Numbered from the stretch's first letter, positions 38,552 to 48,981 are shown. The stretch: 64,000 nt of DNA from Opitutaceae bacterium (GCA_051252375.1 JBPOFY010000005.1:32001-96000); one strand, 5' to 3'. Made by a program: numbers and translations. The notes: generated by a model from the sequence alone, not told the origin.

Positions 38552-38833
38552 GCGTCCCCCGAAGAACTAAACGAATCTCAAAGCCCGTCTCCAATAGGAG
38601 GCGGGCTTTTTCTTTGTAGGCTTTACTCTACACAGACCCCAATCGTGACGATTGAGGCTACAAGTTTTATGCTTAACCAGGATCTGAATAATAAGCGCAC
38701 ATTAGCGAGAATCAGCGGTCTCCAGCTCTGCTGGACTCATTGTGGAATCTGAAACTTGTTCGATGGTGGAGTTTGACTACGAAAAACGCGAAAGTCGCGA
38801 AAGGGTGGTGGAGGGAAAAACTTAAAGCTGAAA
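38149..38833 (+). repeat. Long direct repeat, copy 1 (~685 bp)
   Basis: Matches 43667-44352 (offset 5518-5519); 38188-38660 appears identical by eye. Confidence 0.95.
38580..38611 (+). terminator. Intrinsic terminator (inside repeat copy 1)
   Basis: AAAGCCCGTCTCC-AATA-GGAGGCGGGC followed by a T run. Confidence 0.88.
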
Positions 38834-39050
38834 TCTGAGAGAGGAAATTGGGCTTCTCCGGAAATGTCGGGTCATTTATGCGTTCACTGATGGCAGTCGG
38901 GACGACTGCCGCTACCTGTACTGACTTACTTTGACCCCAATCGTAACGATTGAGGCTACAAATGCCGGAATTCCAGTGGTGCTAACTGATAGCGTTGTAA
39001 GCCTCCCTATCTCAGTGCCTCAGTGTGAGACCCCAACGTCAGAGTCAGTC

Positions 39051-39095
39051 TTCCTCGTCGACGATCAGCTCCCAAAGCGCTAGGCGATGGCCCTA
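39051..39095 (+). pseudogene. Possible remnant of a DUF5615 PIN-like protein N-terminus
   Basis: FLVDDQLPKR*AMAL resembles the MKFLVDAQLPxxLA start of that family; very short. Confidence 0.35.
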
Positions 39096-39347
39096 TATCT
39101 CGCCGATGAAGCCAGTCCGTATTTGACTCAACGATAAAAAAAATTGTCATGAATCAACGCTACGCGACCTAATTTGGGCGTTATTAGTGAATGTTATAAA
39201 AATTACCCGAACATTCATTATATTAAATAATTCCTTCTAAGCCGTAAAGAACACTGGATTTACTTTGTTTTTATTTATCAGAGTTATAAAACTCATTTAG
39301 CACTTAGCCTGTCCACTAACTCATCAACCCCTGCAAATGTTATGATT

Positions 39348-42300
39348 ATGAATCGTTTCTACCCTGTTGCCGCCGCTTTTCTGGCGCTCTCCTCCTGCGC
39401 GTTCGCGCAGCTTACTTGGGATCCCGACACGGATCTAATTAACGACGGCGGTGCCGGCACTTGGGACACTACCAGCACATTTTGGGATAATGGCGGATCC
39501 AACGTGGTATGGGACGCCTCTGGTGCCACTGAAGCCATCTTCGGTGACGCCGGAGTAGACTACATCGTCGATATCGCCGATGGCGGCTTGTCGGTCGGTG
39601 ACCTGACTGTCGAGCCCGGTACTGGCAAAGTCTCGTTTCGTTCGGTAACCGATAATCTCGGGCAACTTAATATCGGCGGGGCTGGTGCCACTTGGGACAC
39701 TGGTGGCCGAGAACTTGAGCTCGTGAACGACCAAGCCAACGACACACCGGTATCCGTCGTAGGTACTGCCACCTTGGCCATCATCGGTGACGGTGAATTT
39801 GATACGGGTGAGAAGCCCAACGGGGCAAACTGGAACGTTCCGCTTGCCACACTGGATGTCCAGTCAGCCACCCTTGTCCGCGGCAACGTAGGCAGTATCG
39901 GCCAGTTCGCCACCGTCAAGATGGCCGACGGTTCTACCTTCAGCGCTGAGCGCAACTCCGATCAAACCTACAATAATAACTGGGAACTCGGCGCTTCCGC
40001 TACCGATAACACCAATTTTTCCCGCAGCTGGAATGCGCGCACCGCGACCTATGCGGGTATCGTCTCCGGCGCAGGTGGCATGACCATCGCGACTGATGGA
40101 AGCGGCTATTCGAGCTTCACTGGTGCCAACACCTTCACCGGTAAGGTCGTTATCAACGGCCGTATGCGGGTCACCAACGGCGCTATAGGTGTCGCGCCCG
40201 GATCCGTAGTGACTGACCAGATCACCATCGACGGCGGTCGGCTCAGTGGCCAAGACACCAGCATCAATATCAACCAAGGTATCACCGTCGGGGCAGGGGG
40301 CGCAACACTCTCGGCCGACGCCACATGGTTCAACATCGACAGCGTGATCACTGGCAGCGCCGGAGGGGATGTCACGATCACCGGTTCGGGTCGCACCGAA
40401 TTCCTCGGTGTCACCAACACCTATGACGGTCGCACCATCGTCGATGGCGGTGAACTTCGCATCAACAACGACGACAACCTAGGTGCTGTTCCCGGTGCTC
40501 CGGATGCTGACAACATCATCCTTAAAAACGGCGGCGAGATATACAGTGCAGGCGTCACTTACAACTCCAACCGAGGCGTCACCCTTGAGAATGGCGGCGG
40601 CTTCCTTCTTACCAGCGGCTCAAGCACCTACGGTGGCGCAATCACTGGCACCGGCGGCCTCCAGATCGGACGCGACGAATTTCTCGCCAATTTCTTTATC
40701 TTGACCTCCGACACCAGCGACTACACCGGTGGCACGCGCGTCCGTAGGGGACGCCTTCAACTTGGCGTCGATGAGGCCTTACCCGCCGACACCGTGGTCA
40801 CTATCGGTGGTGTTGGCGTCACCAGCGCTCCTTCAAGATTCCTCCTTGACGGCTTCTCACAAACAATCGGCGGCCTCGACACTATAGGTAACAATAACAG
40901 CCGCGACATGTGGAACGGCGAGGGCACCGGCGCTCCGGATCTCGGCAACACTGGCGAACTCATCATCAACGTGGCTGACACTGAGGCCTACGTGTTCAAT
41001 ACTACCTTCGGCTCCAATGCCGCCCAGGAAAGGGGCAACTTCAACCTAATTAAAAACGGGCTTGGAAGTCAGCAGCTCAATAACGTATTCATCGGTGGCA
41101 CAGTCACCATGAACGACGGCACCTTGCTAATCGGTAACAACAACGGTGGCGCCAACACTGGCGCGGTCACTATCACCGGTGGCTTGCTCCAAATCGCCGA
41201 CGACCTCACCGCGCCCTCGATCACAAACACCGGCGGCACGCTCAGCATCGGCAACGGCGGCACAGGCGGCACCATTGTCGGCGACCCTGCGCTCGTGATT
41301 GACGGCACATTGCTTTTCGACCGTTCCGACGCCTTAACTTACAGTGGCGACATCTCCGGTCTCGGCGGCATCCAAGTCGATGGTGGCGGCACCATCACCC
41401 TCACAGGTACCAACACTTTCACCGGCGCTGCCGACGTGATCGATGGCATCCTGATCGCTCCTACTGCCGCGTCCCTTCCAGACTACAGCAAGATCAGCGT
41501 CGCTGCCAACGAGCGCTTCGAAGTGCCCTTTGACGGTGCTGCTTGGACCTCCGCGAACATCGCTTCCCTATCTAGCACCGCCAACTGGCTCGACCCGAGC
41601 GCCTATCTCGCTCTTAATATCTCTGCCGGTCCTATCTCGCTTGCCGACGATGCGAGCGGTCTCCACGGACTCTGGGTCCAGGGTGGCAGCGAGCTCACCC
41701 TTGGCGCAGCTCAGACTTACACTGGTCCGACACGGGTTTTTAGCGGCACCATTAAGTTGACTGGCGACAACCAGTTGCCCGCAGGCACCCAGCTCACCCT
41801 CGGCGGTAGCGGAACCAGCGCCTTCGACCTAGCGAGCTTCAACCAGACGATCACCGGGCTCGATACTCAAGCGTTCAACACCCGCTTCATCGACAACACC
41901 AGCGCCTCGGCTTCCACCCTCACTATCAACGTTCCGGCTGACACCGCCTATAGCTATGGCGCCAACATTCAGGAAACAGGCACCGGTGCCATCAACATCG
42001 TGAAAACCGGCGATGGTGAGCAGGGCTTCGATAAGACCACTGTTACCAGCTATACTGGCAGTGCCACAGTTACTGCCGGCACGCTCGGCTTCCGTTCCCC
42101 TGTGCTTGACACCACCTTGATCTCCGTGGCCACTGGCGCCACGTTCAGAGTCGACGCGGGTGACGTCAGCGAGTGGCTGATGACCGATATCGACACTCTA
42201 TTCGCCAACGCGACCTTCACCGCGGGCTCTTCGCTCGGTGTGCGGACCAATGACGATGCCTTCGATTACACTTCGAACATCATCGGCGATATCGGCCTAA

Positions 42301-44069
42301 CCAAGTCTGGTGACAACCCAATGACTCTGTCCGGTGCCAATACTTACACCGGCAAGACAGTCGTCGAGGGATCTTATCTCGTCATCGACGATGAGGCCGA
42401 TCTTGGCGCCAATCCTGTAGCTATCGCTGCTGATCACCTCACGCTCGACGGTGGTGGTCTACGTGCAGCCGCTGCACTCACTATCGACGATGCCAACCGT
42501 GGTATCACGCTGCTGGATGGCGGTGGTCTTATCGACTATAACTTGCTTGAAATGACAGTCGCCGCACCGATCACCGGCAGCGGTTCCCTGTCTGTCACAG
42601 GTACGGCCGGAGCTGGTGCGGGCTTCCTCGAATTGACTGGTGCGAACGACTATACTGGAGAGACCGTCATCGCCCAAGGCAGCCTGAAAGTCGGCAGCAC
42701 GGCCAATCTCCCCGACACCAGTAATCTGAGACTTAATGGCGTCGGCATCCTATTGATCGATGGCGACCTCGACATTCCCGACACTACTGCTGACTTTACC
42801 CGTGCACTCGGCACAGGTGCTGGCGAGATACAGTTTACGAATGGTGGTGGCTTTTCGGCTTCCGGTGATGACCGAATCGTCAATATCGGCGGCGCGGGCG
42901 CAGATCTCACTTGGGGTGTTGGTGGCTTCATGCCCGAAACCAGTCCGAGTGCCTTCACCTTCTTCCTCTCCTCAGCTGAGGCCACACATACGACGACCTT
43001 GGTCAACGGCCTAGTCTTGCCAGACACGGCAAACTACGGTGTGGCCACCATCAACAGTGCTGCTGAACTCGATGCTGTGATCAGCGGTGATATTTCCGGC
43101 ACTGGCGGTCTACGGGTTCGCTTCAGCGGCACTTTGGCGCTGGAGGGCGCCAACTCCTATGAGGGTGTCACCAGAATTGATGATGACGGAACACTACTCG
43201 TCAATGGCGATCAGTCCGGCGCGACCGGCGCAGTCATAGCGGAAGTCAATTCAACACTTGGCGGTATCGGCACCATCGGCGGTGCCATTACAATCGATGA
43301 CGGCGCCACGCTCGCTCCAGGAGCCAGTGTGGGCACGCTGACGGCTGCCAACGGCGTCACCTTCAGCAACAACTCCAACTTCGCCGTCGAAATCGACAGC
43401 TCGGTCCCAAGTGCCGACAAGCTTGTCGTTAACACGAGCCCCATCTCCATCGGAACTGGCGTCGTCCTCGACATCACCGATATCGCAGGTTCACCGGTGG
43501 CTTTAGCCGGCGGCACTAAGTTGACCATTATTGACTATACTGGCACCACACTTACCGGCACCTTCGATGGCATTGCGGATGGCGATACTATAATGATCGG
43601 TTCACAAGATTTCATCCTCGATTACGATGATGGCACCACCGTTACCCTCACTGCACAGGCTGCTGCCACAGGTTACGCAGTCTGGTCCGGTGGAGCGGAC
43701 TTCGCTGTTGATACCAATGGCGACGGCGTGGACAATGGTTTGGCCTTCTTGCTCGGTGCTGCCGACGTGAATGCCAACGCCATCGACCTTCTGCCTACCT
43801 CCACAGAGAGTGGCGGGGACCTAGTGATGACCTTCAGCGTGCTGAATGCCGCAAACCGCGGCACCGCAGAGCTTGCGATTGAGCACAGCAACGACCTCAC
43901 TGGTTTGTGGTCTACCGCAACAACGGTTCCTGAGACAAGCAGCACAGTTGACGACATTGTCTTCGCGGTCACTCCTGACGGCGACATGAATGACGTGATC
44001 GCCACGATCCCGTCGACAAAGGCTGCCGGTGGTAAGCTCTTCGGCCGTGTGGTCGGAACCAATCCGTAA
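39348..44069 (+). CDS. Large secreted PATR-repeat protein, paralogue of 35609-38551
   Basis: Signal peptide; many (L/F)TGANT(Y/F)TG..I..G.L repeats; LAPGASVGTL motif; same C-terminal domain. Confidence 0.87.
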   Translation: MNRFYPVAAAFLALSSCAFAQLTWDPDTDLINDGGAGTWDTTSTFWDNGGSNVVWDASGATEAIFGDAGVDYIVDIADGGLSVGDLTVEPGTGKVSFRSVTDNLGQLNIGGAGATWDTGGRELELVNDQANDTPVSVVGTATLAIIGDGEFDTGEKPNGANWNVPLATLDVQSATLVRGNVGSIGQFATVKMADGSTFSAERNSDQTYNNNWELGASATDNTNFSRSWNARTATYAGIVSGAGGMTIATDGSGYSSFTGANTFTGKVVINGRMRVTNGAIGVAPGSVVTDQITIDGGRLSGQDTSININQGITVGAGGATLSADATWFNIDSVITGSAGGDVTITGSGRTEFLGVTNTYDGRTIVDGGELRINNDDNLGAVPGAPDADNIILKNGGEIYSAGVTYNSNRGVTLENGGGFLLTSGSSTYGGAITGTGGLQIGRDEFLANFFILTSDTSDYTGGTRVRRGRLQLGVDEALPADTVVTIGGVGVTSAPSRFLLDGFSQTIGGLDTIGNNNSRDMWNGEGTGAPDLGNTGELIINVADTEAYVFNTTFGSNAAQERGNFNLIKNGLGSQQLNNVFIGGTVTMNDGTLLIGNNNGGANTGAVTITGGLLQIADDLTAPSITNTGGTLSIGNGGTGGTIVGDPALVIDGTLLFDRSDALTYSGDISGLGGIQVDGGGTITLTGTNTFTGAADVIDGILIAPTAASLPDYSKISVAANERFEVPFDGAAWTSANIASLSSTANWLDPSAYLALNISAGPISLADDASGLHGLWVQGGSELTLGAAQTYTGPTRVFSGTIKLTGDNQLPAGTQLTLGGSGTSAFDLASFNQTITGLDTQAFNTRFIDNTSASASTLTINVPADTAYSYGANIQETGTGAINIVKTGDGEQGFDKTTVTSYTGSATVTAGTLGFRSPVLDTTLISVATGATFRVDAGDVSEWLMTDIDTLFANATFTAGSSLGVRTNDDAFDYTSNIIGDIGLTKSGDNPMTLSGANTYTGKTVVEGSYLVIDDEADLGANPVAIAADHLTLDGGGLRAAAALTIDDANRGITLLDGGGLIDYNLLEMTVAAPITGSGSLSVTGTAGAGAGFLELTGANDYTGETVIAQGSLKVGSTANLPDTSNLRLNGVGILLIDGDLDIPDTTADFTRALGTGAGEIQFTNGGGFSASGDDRIVNIGGAGADLTWGVGGFMPETSPSAFTFFLSSAEATHTTTLVNGLVLPDTANYGVATINSAAELDAVISGDISGTGGLRVRFSGTLALEGANSYEGVTRIDDDGTLLVNGDQSGATGAVIAEVNSTLGGIGTIGGAITIDDGATLAPGASVGTLTAANGVTFSNNSNFAVEIDSSVPSADKLVVNTSPISIGTGVVLDITDIAGSPVALAGGTKLTIIDYTGTTLTGTFDGIADGDTIMIGSQDFILDYDDGTTVTLTAQAAATGYAVWSGGADFAVDTNGDGVDNGLAFLLGAADVNANAIDLLPTSTESGGDLVMTFSVLNAANRGTAELAIEHSNDLTGLWSTATTVPETSSTVDDIVFAVTPDGDMNDVIATIPSTKAAGGKLFGRVVGTNP

Positions 44070-44352
44070 GCGTCCCCCGAAGAACTAAACGAATCTCAAA
44101 GCCCGTCTCCAATAGGAGGCGGGCTTTTTCTTTGTAGGCTTTACTCTACACAGACCCCAATCGTGACGATTGAGGCTATAAGTTTTATGCTTAACCAGGA
44201 TCAGAATAATAAGCGCACATTAGCGAGAATCAGCGGTCTCCAGCTCTGCTGGACATCTTTGTAAAATCTAAAACTTGTTCGATGGTGGAGTTTGACTACG
44301 AAAAACGCGAAAGTCGCGAAAGGGTGGTGGAGGGAAAAACTGAAAGCTGAAA
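43667..44352 (+). repeat. Long direct repeat, copy 2
   Basis: See copy 1; includes the terminator at 44098-44129. Confidence 0.95.
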
Positions 44353-44426
44353 CAAACGCAATCGTGGCGCAACATTCGGGCGAAGCCCTATTTTAGCTCT
44401 CAACTTTCAGATTTCAGTTTTTAGGT

Positions 44427-45086
44427 TTAGTCTCCCTCCTCTACATCAAATTCTTGATGCGCTAAGCGATCGCGGTAAACCCCGCCGATCAATCTGCCGT
44501 TAAACAAGATGCCATAAGCACCCAGTGCACTACCCAGTATCCAAGAGCCCGCAAAAGCTTCCTCTAGCATAGAGGTCAGGACCGAGAGCCCGCCATATGC
44601 GAGCACCATGACGATATAAGCCCAGCCAGCAGAGCGAATTGCATTCACCAGCACCACAGGATTGAAAAGCTGCATGGTTTCATCCATCGCCACGATCATT
44701 AAGCCCAGCGGCATGTAGCAAAACGCGAGCGCCAGTAGGAGCAATTGAATCGAGCTCTCAGGGAAGTCTGTCTGCCAAATATATAGGAAGTAGGGCAAGA
44801 AACTGATGATGCTGACCAAGATCACCTTCAGTAGCGGGATCAGCACGTTTTCAAACAAGTCCTCAAAATCCGGAAACTCCGGAGCATCGGCGTAGCCGTT
44901 CCCCGTGGTGAAAATTATCTTAAACTGCGTGGCATAGATATAGCCGATAAACAGAAAAGTGATTAACCCAAAGACCGGCACGTAGCTGATGCAATATTGC
45001 AGCAGATAAAGCACCACCAACCCGAAGAACATTTTCAGGCTAGTATTTTTCAAAGGAAAGAAGATGGCTTCCGATACAATCGACAT
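44427..45086 (-). CDS. Membrane protein (DUF4013-like)
   Basis: Hydrophobic helices; AIFFPL..GY....IIFTTGNG..PEFPDFED pattern. Confidence 0.6.
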   Translation of the reverse strand: MSIVSEAIFFPLKNTSLKMFFGLVVLYLLQYCISYVPVFGLITFLFIGYIYATQFKIIFTTGNGYADAPEFPDFEDLFENVLIPLLKVILVSIISFLPYFLYIWQTDFPESSIQLLLLALAFCYMPLGLMIVAMDETMQLFNPVVLVNAIRSAGWAYIVMVLAYGGLSVLTSMLEEAFAGSWILGSALGAYGILFNGRLIGGVYRDRLAHQEFDVEEGD

Positions 45087-45292
45087 TCCTTTGTATCATC
45101 ATATTTTCAATAGGATGTCACTGGAATTTTATAGCAAAAGCACAAGAGCACACCAAGAGGAGAGTGGGGGGTCTGATGGAGGTCTCACGCAGGGACGCAG
45201 AGACGCCGGGGCTAAGAGGTGCGGGGATTTGTCTAAAGAGGTTGGGTGATGAGTCCCAGATTATGCGAAGACAATGTCTCTTATGTGGCTCT

Positions 45293-46186
45293 CTATCCGT
45301 TCAGTTTCTCTTTAAAAAACGCAATGGTCCGTTGCCAAGATAGTTTGGCTGCTGCTTCGTCGTATCGAGGTGTGGTATCATTGTGGAATCCGTGATTCGC
45401 TTCTGGATAAAAATGCACTGTGTAGTCGATCTGGTTGGCGTCTAGCGCCTTTTGGTAGTCGGGCCAGCCTGCATTCACCCGCTTGTCTAATTCACCGTAG
45501 TGGATGAGTAGGGAGCCTTTAATCTTAGCCACATCAGCAGCCACAGGTTGACGACCATAGTAGGGGACTGCGGCTTTGATGATTTCTGGCAAACTGACTG
45601 CGAGCGCATTGGAAACCGCACCGCCGAAGCAAAATCCGACCACCCCGACTTGACCATTACACTCGGGGTGTTCGTGTAGGAAATGTGTCGCTGCAACAAA
45701 GTCTTCAGCCATTTTCCCTCCATCCAGTTGGCGCTGCATCGCTTTACCTTCTTCGTCGGAACCTGGATAGCCGCCGAGCGGCGTGAGGGCATCCGGTGCG
45801 AAGGCGACAAAGCCTGCCAGTGCGACACGGCGCGCCACATCTTCGATGTAGGGGTTGAGACCGCGATTTTCATGCACGACCAAAACGCCGGGAAGTTTCT
45901 CGGTGGCACCTGCGGGGCGAGCGAGGAGCCCCTTCATTGTGCCATGACCTTCTGGAGAGGGGTATTCCACATACTGGCTTACCACGCGTTCATCACTCAA
46001 CGGCACTTGTTGAGCATGCACATAATTCGGGCTGAGCATTTTTAAAAGTGCAACCGCGGTGATGCCACCGGCCGCATATTTCCCCGCCTGATTCAAAAAG
46101 CTACGCCGATCAATCAAGCCGTGTGCATAGTGATCATACAGATCCAGTAGTTCTTGTGGGAAGTCGGCAGCAGTTTTTCGTTTCAT
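45293..46186 (-). CDS. Dienelactone hydrolase family protein (YghX-like), probable Tat export
   Basis: [43 protein letters not shown]. Confidence 0.9.
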   Translation of the reverse strand: MKRKTAADFPQELLDLYDHYAHGLIDRRSFLNQAGKYAAGGITAVALLKMLSPNYVHAQQVPLSDERVVSQYVEYPSPEGHGTMKGLLARPAGATEKLPGVLVVHENRGLNPYIEDVARRVALAGFVAFAPDALTPLGGYPGSDEEGKAMQRQLDGGKMAEDFVAATHFLHEHPECNGQVGVVGFCFGGAVSNALAVSLPEIIKAAVPYYGRQPVAADVAKIKGSLLIHYGELDKRVNAGWPDYQKALDANQIDYTVHFYPEANHGFHNDTTPRYDEAAAKLSWQRTIAFFKEKLNG

Positions 46187-46315
46187 AAGTGAGGTATTTT
46201 GATGGAACTAATGCAGTTGAAGGGATCTGTCAAATGGCAGCGTTGTAAGCCTCCTTATCTTCGTGCCTCTGTGCGAGGTTTTAACGTTTGGATCACCTTC
46301 ACCCTCACTAAAGGT

Positions 46316-47134
46316 TTATTTCGCTAAGGGACGGAATGAATCTTTGGCGATCCAGCCGGTGATTTGAGACTCGGTTTTGACTTGGTAGAATTCGTTGTGT
46401 TGGTCGAGAATTTGGGCGCGTTCGCCGGGGCGTGCGATGCCGCTGGTGGGGGCGGCGCTGGCGGGGGCGGCGTGGAGCTCGGTGGATTCCTCATTTACGA
46501 CGATACCAATGGCTTGCATTTGATAGTTGAGCCAGAGCGCGGGCGCAGAAAGGAGGAGGGCGAGTAGGCTGATCAGGCGAATCGCTTTAATGCCGATGTT
46601 GATTTGCAGTCCGCCGATGCGGGGGAGGCAGAGCGCTGCGAGTAAGAGCCAGAAGCTGGTGGTCGCGAGCGCAATCCAGATTTTGGTGGTGAGGAGCTGC
46701 GCGGCGATTTGATACCATTCGGGCTCGTGTTCGAACAGACCGAGCTGTTGGCGGAGTGCGCCGAGCTTGTAGTGATATTCAGTTTTAAGTGGGTCGATTC
46801 GGAGGGCGCGCTCGATCTGCCAGGCGGCTTCGGCGGGCTGTCCAAGTTGGAAATAGGTGAGCGCTAGGTTGTGGCGAGCGGCTGCGGTCTCGCCGGATGA
46901 AAGTGAGCCTTCAAAATACTTAAGCGCTTGTTCGTAATTTCCTTTTTCGTAGAAATCGACGCCGCCATGGAATTCGTTCGCATCGCTGACGCTGGTGAGA
47001 GTGATGGTGAGGAGTGCTAGGAATGCGTATAGGGTAGGGCGTGCTCTCCGAGCGCGCCGCTGTCTTGGGAGGCTTTGCGATGAGCCGAGCTTTGAGACAA
47101 ATCGCCCTACCTTTGAAATGAATGATTGGTTCAT
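46316..47134 (-). CDS. BatE-like TPR + SH3 protein
   Basis: TPR region, two TM helices, SH3-like C-terminus (PGERAQIL..GWI); ATGA overlap with the batD-like gene. Confidence 0.82.
   Translation of the reverse strand: MNQSFISKVGRFVSKLGSSQSLPRQRRARRARPTLYAFLALLTITLTSVSDANEFHGGVDFYEKGNYEQALKYFEGSLSSGETAAARHNLALTYFQLGQPAEAAWQIERALRIDPLKTEYHYKLGALRQQLGLFEHEPEWYQIAAQLLTTKIWIALATTSFWLLLAALCLPRIGGLQINIGIKAIRLISLLALLLSAPALWLNYQMQAIGIVVNEESTELHAAPASAAPTSGIARPGERAQILDQHNEFYQVKTESQITGWIAKDSFRPLAK
47033..47111. repeat. GTAG-type REP doublet located inside the batE-like CDS
   Basis: GGTAGGGCGTGCTCTCCGAGCGCGCCG ... AATCGCCCTACC. Confidence 0.8.
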
Positions 47135-48966
47135 AGTGCTTTTAGAATGGTGTCCAGTTGTTGGCGGGCGGTGCGGAGGTCGGCTTGCTGGGTTTGTCCG
47201 GAGAAGCGGAGTGCGTCGGCTTGTTCAAAGATCTGACGTGTCAGCGGGGCGATAGCTTCGGGGAGCAGGGGCTCGAGTTGCGCGAGCTCGGCGGCGCGGA
47301 GATTTTGCCGGTAGCGTTTCGTGGCGGCGAGTCGGACGGCGTCTTGCGCGTGACGATAGAAGTCGGCGGCATTGCCTTGGCTCTCGGCATGTTTCGCCTC
47401 GCCGAGGGTTGCTTTGAGCTCTGCCTTGGCCGCTTGTTGTTGGGCGTATTCGGGGTCGGTGGCTAGGCGTTTGCTTTTGCGGAGGATCGCGCCGCAGATG
47501 ATGAGCGCGATGAGCGCGCTGCCGTTGGCGAGATAGAATCGTGGTGCCTTGAGGAGTGCGAAGCCGGTGGTGCGTGGTGTCTCTGGGCGGTAGTCTAGTG
47601 TGAGCAGGGCTTCTTCCGGTGAGAGGGTTGGCTGGAGTGGTGTGCTTGCATCGGAGGCTTGCGAGTTGGATCCAGCGGTCTGCGCGGGTGCTGGCAATTG
47701 TGGTTGGAGTGAGGGGGCGACTTCGATCGCGATGGGTGGGACGCTGAGCTCGATGTATTTTTTATCTATGGGATCGAAGTAGCTGAATTTGACTTCAGGT
47801 AGCATGCGCTTGCCGGCTTTTTCAGGGATGAAGACGTAGTCGAAACGTTTCACGCCTTTGAGCTGGAGAGGGTCTTCCTTTTCCATGATCGCCTCGGGCG
47901 TGTAGTGGCGCCAGTCGCTGCTTTCGGGCAGCTCGGGACCAGTGATGCGATCGAAGTTACCTCTGCCGCTGACTTTAAGGGAGAGCATGATGGGCTCGCC
48001 AACGCGGCTGGTTTCAGTGTCGGCATAGACTTGGATGCTGAAGTTGCCGATCGCGCCGCTGAAACTATCCGGTTTATCGGTTTCGGGGAGTGGGAGGACT
48101 TCGATTTCGGTGGGGTCGGTGTAGAGATTGAAGCGTTCGGAACGGTTGTTAAAAAAGTTGTCGAATACACTGCTGCCGAACCCGTTGTTGCGGTTTTGAT
48201 TTTGTGCGGGGAGTTGAGCGACTACGGAAAATTCAAAGTTGAGGCTTTGTTTGCCGCTTTGGATTGGGGTGATGGTGATTGGCCAGTTGATGACTTGATA
48301 GCGGTTGTTATTCACACGCTCAGTGCTTTGGGTGGCGTCGGGGAGTTCGCTGACGGTGAACCCGTCGGCGTTGCGGTCGAAGCTTTCGTAGCCACGGTAG
48401 CGAACTTGCTCGTGAACATAGAGCTTGAGTTGGATGGGGGTGGTTTGGCCGATATAGAGTTGCTCCGGTGCTGCGGCTTTGAGGAAGATCAATTCGTTGA
48501 CGGGAGGGGGCGCGTTGGCGTCGCGCTCGACCACGGTGAGGGTGGCGGCGGGCGCGGTGTAGGTTTCGCCTTTGTAAGTGAATCGGTAGCTGGGGATCGT
48601 GAAGTTGCCGACTCGTGGTGCGGTGGCTTCGATGATGAGATTCTGAGTGACGGTGTGAGTGACCGACGTGTTGACGATTCTCGATTGCTGGCTGTTGGTG
48701 ACGCGTCCGTTGCGGAGGGTGAGCCCACCGCTTTGTGAGATGGGGAGAGAGGTCATGCGCTCGGGCGTCGGCTTTTCGCTGCTGCTGGTCTCAGCAATGG
48801 CGACGATGTATTGCGCAGTGTCGCCGAGCGCGATGCGGGCTGGCTGGAAGCTTGTGCTGACGGTGATCTCGGCCTGCGCGGCGTGGGTGGCTAGCAGGAT
48901 GAGAATGGCGCAGGGGAGGACAGACAGGAATGTCTGTTTTACGGAAAGGATGCTTTGAAGTTTCAT
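47131..48966 (-). CDS. BatD family protein
   Basis: LPLP..PDSFSGAIGNF, VSGRGN, YVFIP, FSYFDP; position in a moxR-bat operon. Confidence 0.85.
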   Translation of the reverse strand: MKLQSILSVKQTFLSVLPCAILILLATHAAQAEITVSTSFQPARIALGDTAQYIVAIAETSSSEKPTPERMTSLPISQSGGLTLRNGRVTNSQQSRIVNTSVTHTVTQNLIIEATAPRVGNFTIPSYRFTYKGETYTAPAATLTVVERDANAPPPVNELIFLKAAAPEQLYIGQTTPIQLKLYVHEQVRYRGYESFDRNADGFTVSELPDATQSTERVNNNRYQVINWPITITPIQSGKQSLNFEFSVVAQLPAQNQNRNNGFGSSVFDNFFNNRSERFNLYTDPTEIEVLPLPETDKPDSFSGAIGNFSIQVYADTETSRVGEPIMLSLKVSGRGNFDRITGPELPESSDWRHYTPEAIMEKEDPLQLKGVKRFDYVFIPEKAGKRMLPEVKFSYFDPIDKKYIELSVPPIAIEVAPSLQPQLPAPAQTAGSNSQASDASTPLQPTLSPEEALLTLDYRPETPRTTGFALLKAPRFYLANGSALIALIICGAILRKSKRLATDPEYAQQQAAKAELKATLGEAKHAESQGNAADFYRHAQDAVRLAATKRYRQNLRAAELAQLEPLLPEAIAPLTRQIFEQADALRFSGQTQQADLRTARQQLDTILKAL

Positions 48967-48981
48967 TGCTTAAAAAATAAA

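Noticed and set aside
39082..39112. Fluoride riboswitch-like GGCGATGG..TCGCC
   Set aside because: Loop length and downstream pseudoknot elements do not fit, and the downstream gene is unrelated to fluoride.
38149..44352. Diversity-generating retroelement (TR/VR pair) as the explanation for the long repeat
   Set aside because: No reverse transcriptase in the window; both copies are coding; the few mismatches are not adenine-specific; the repeat extends through the terminator.
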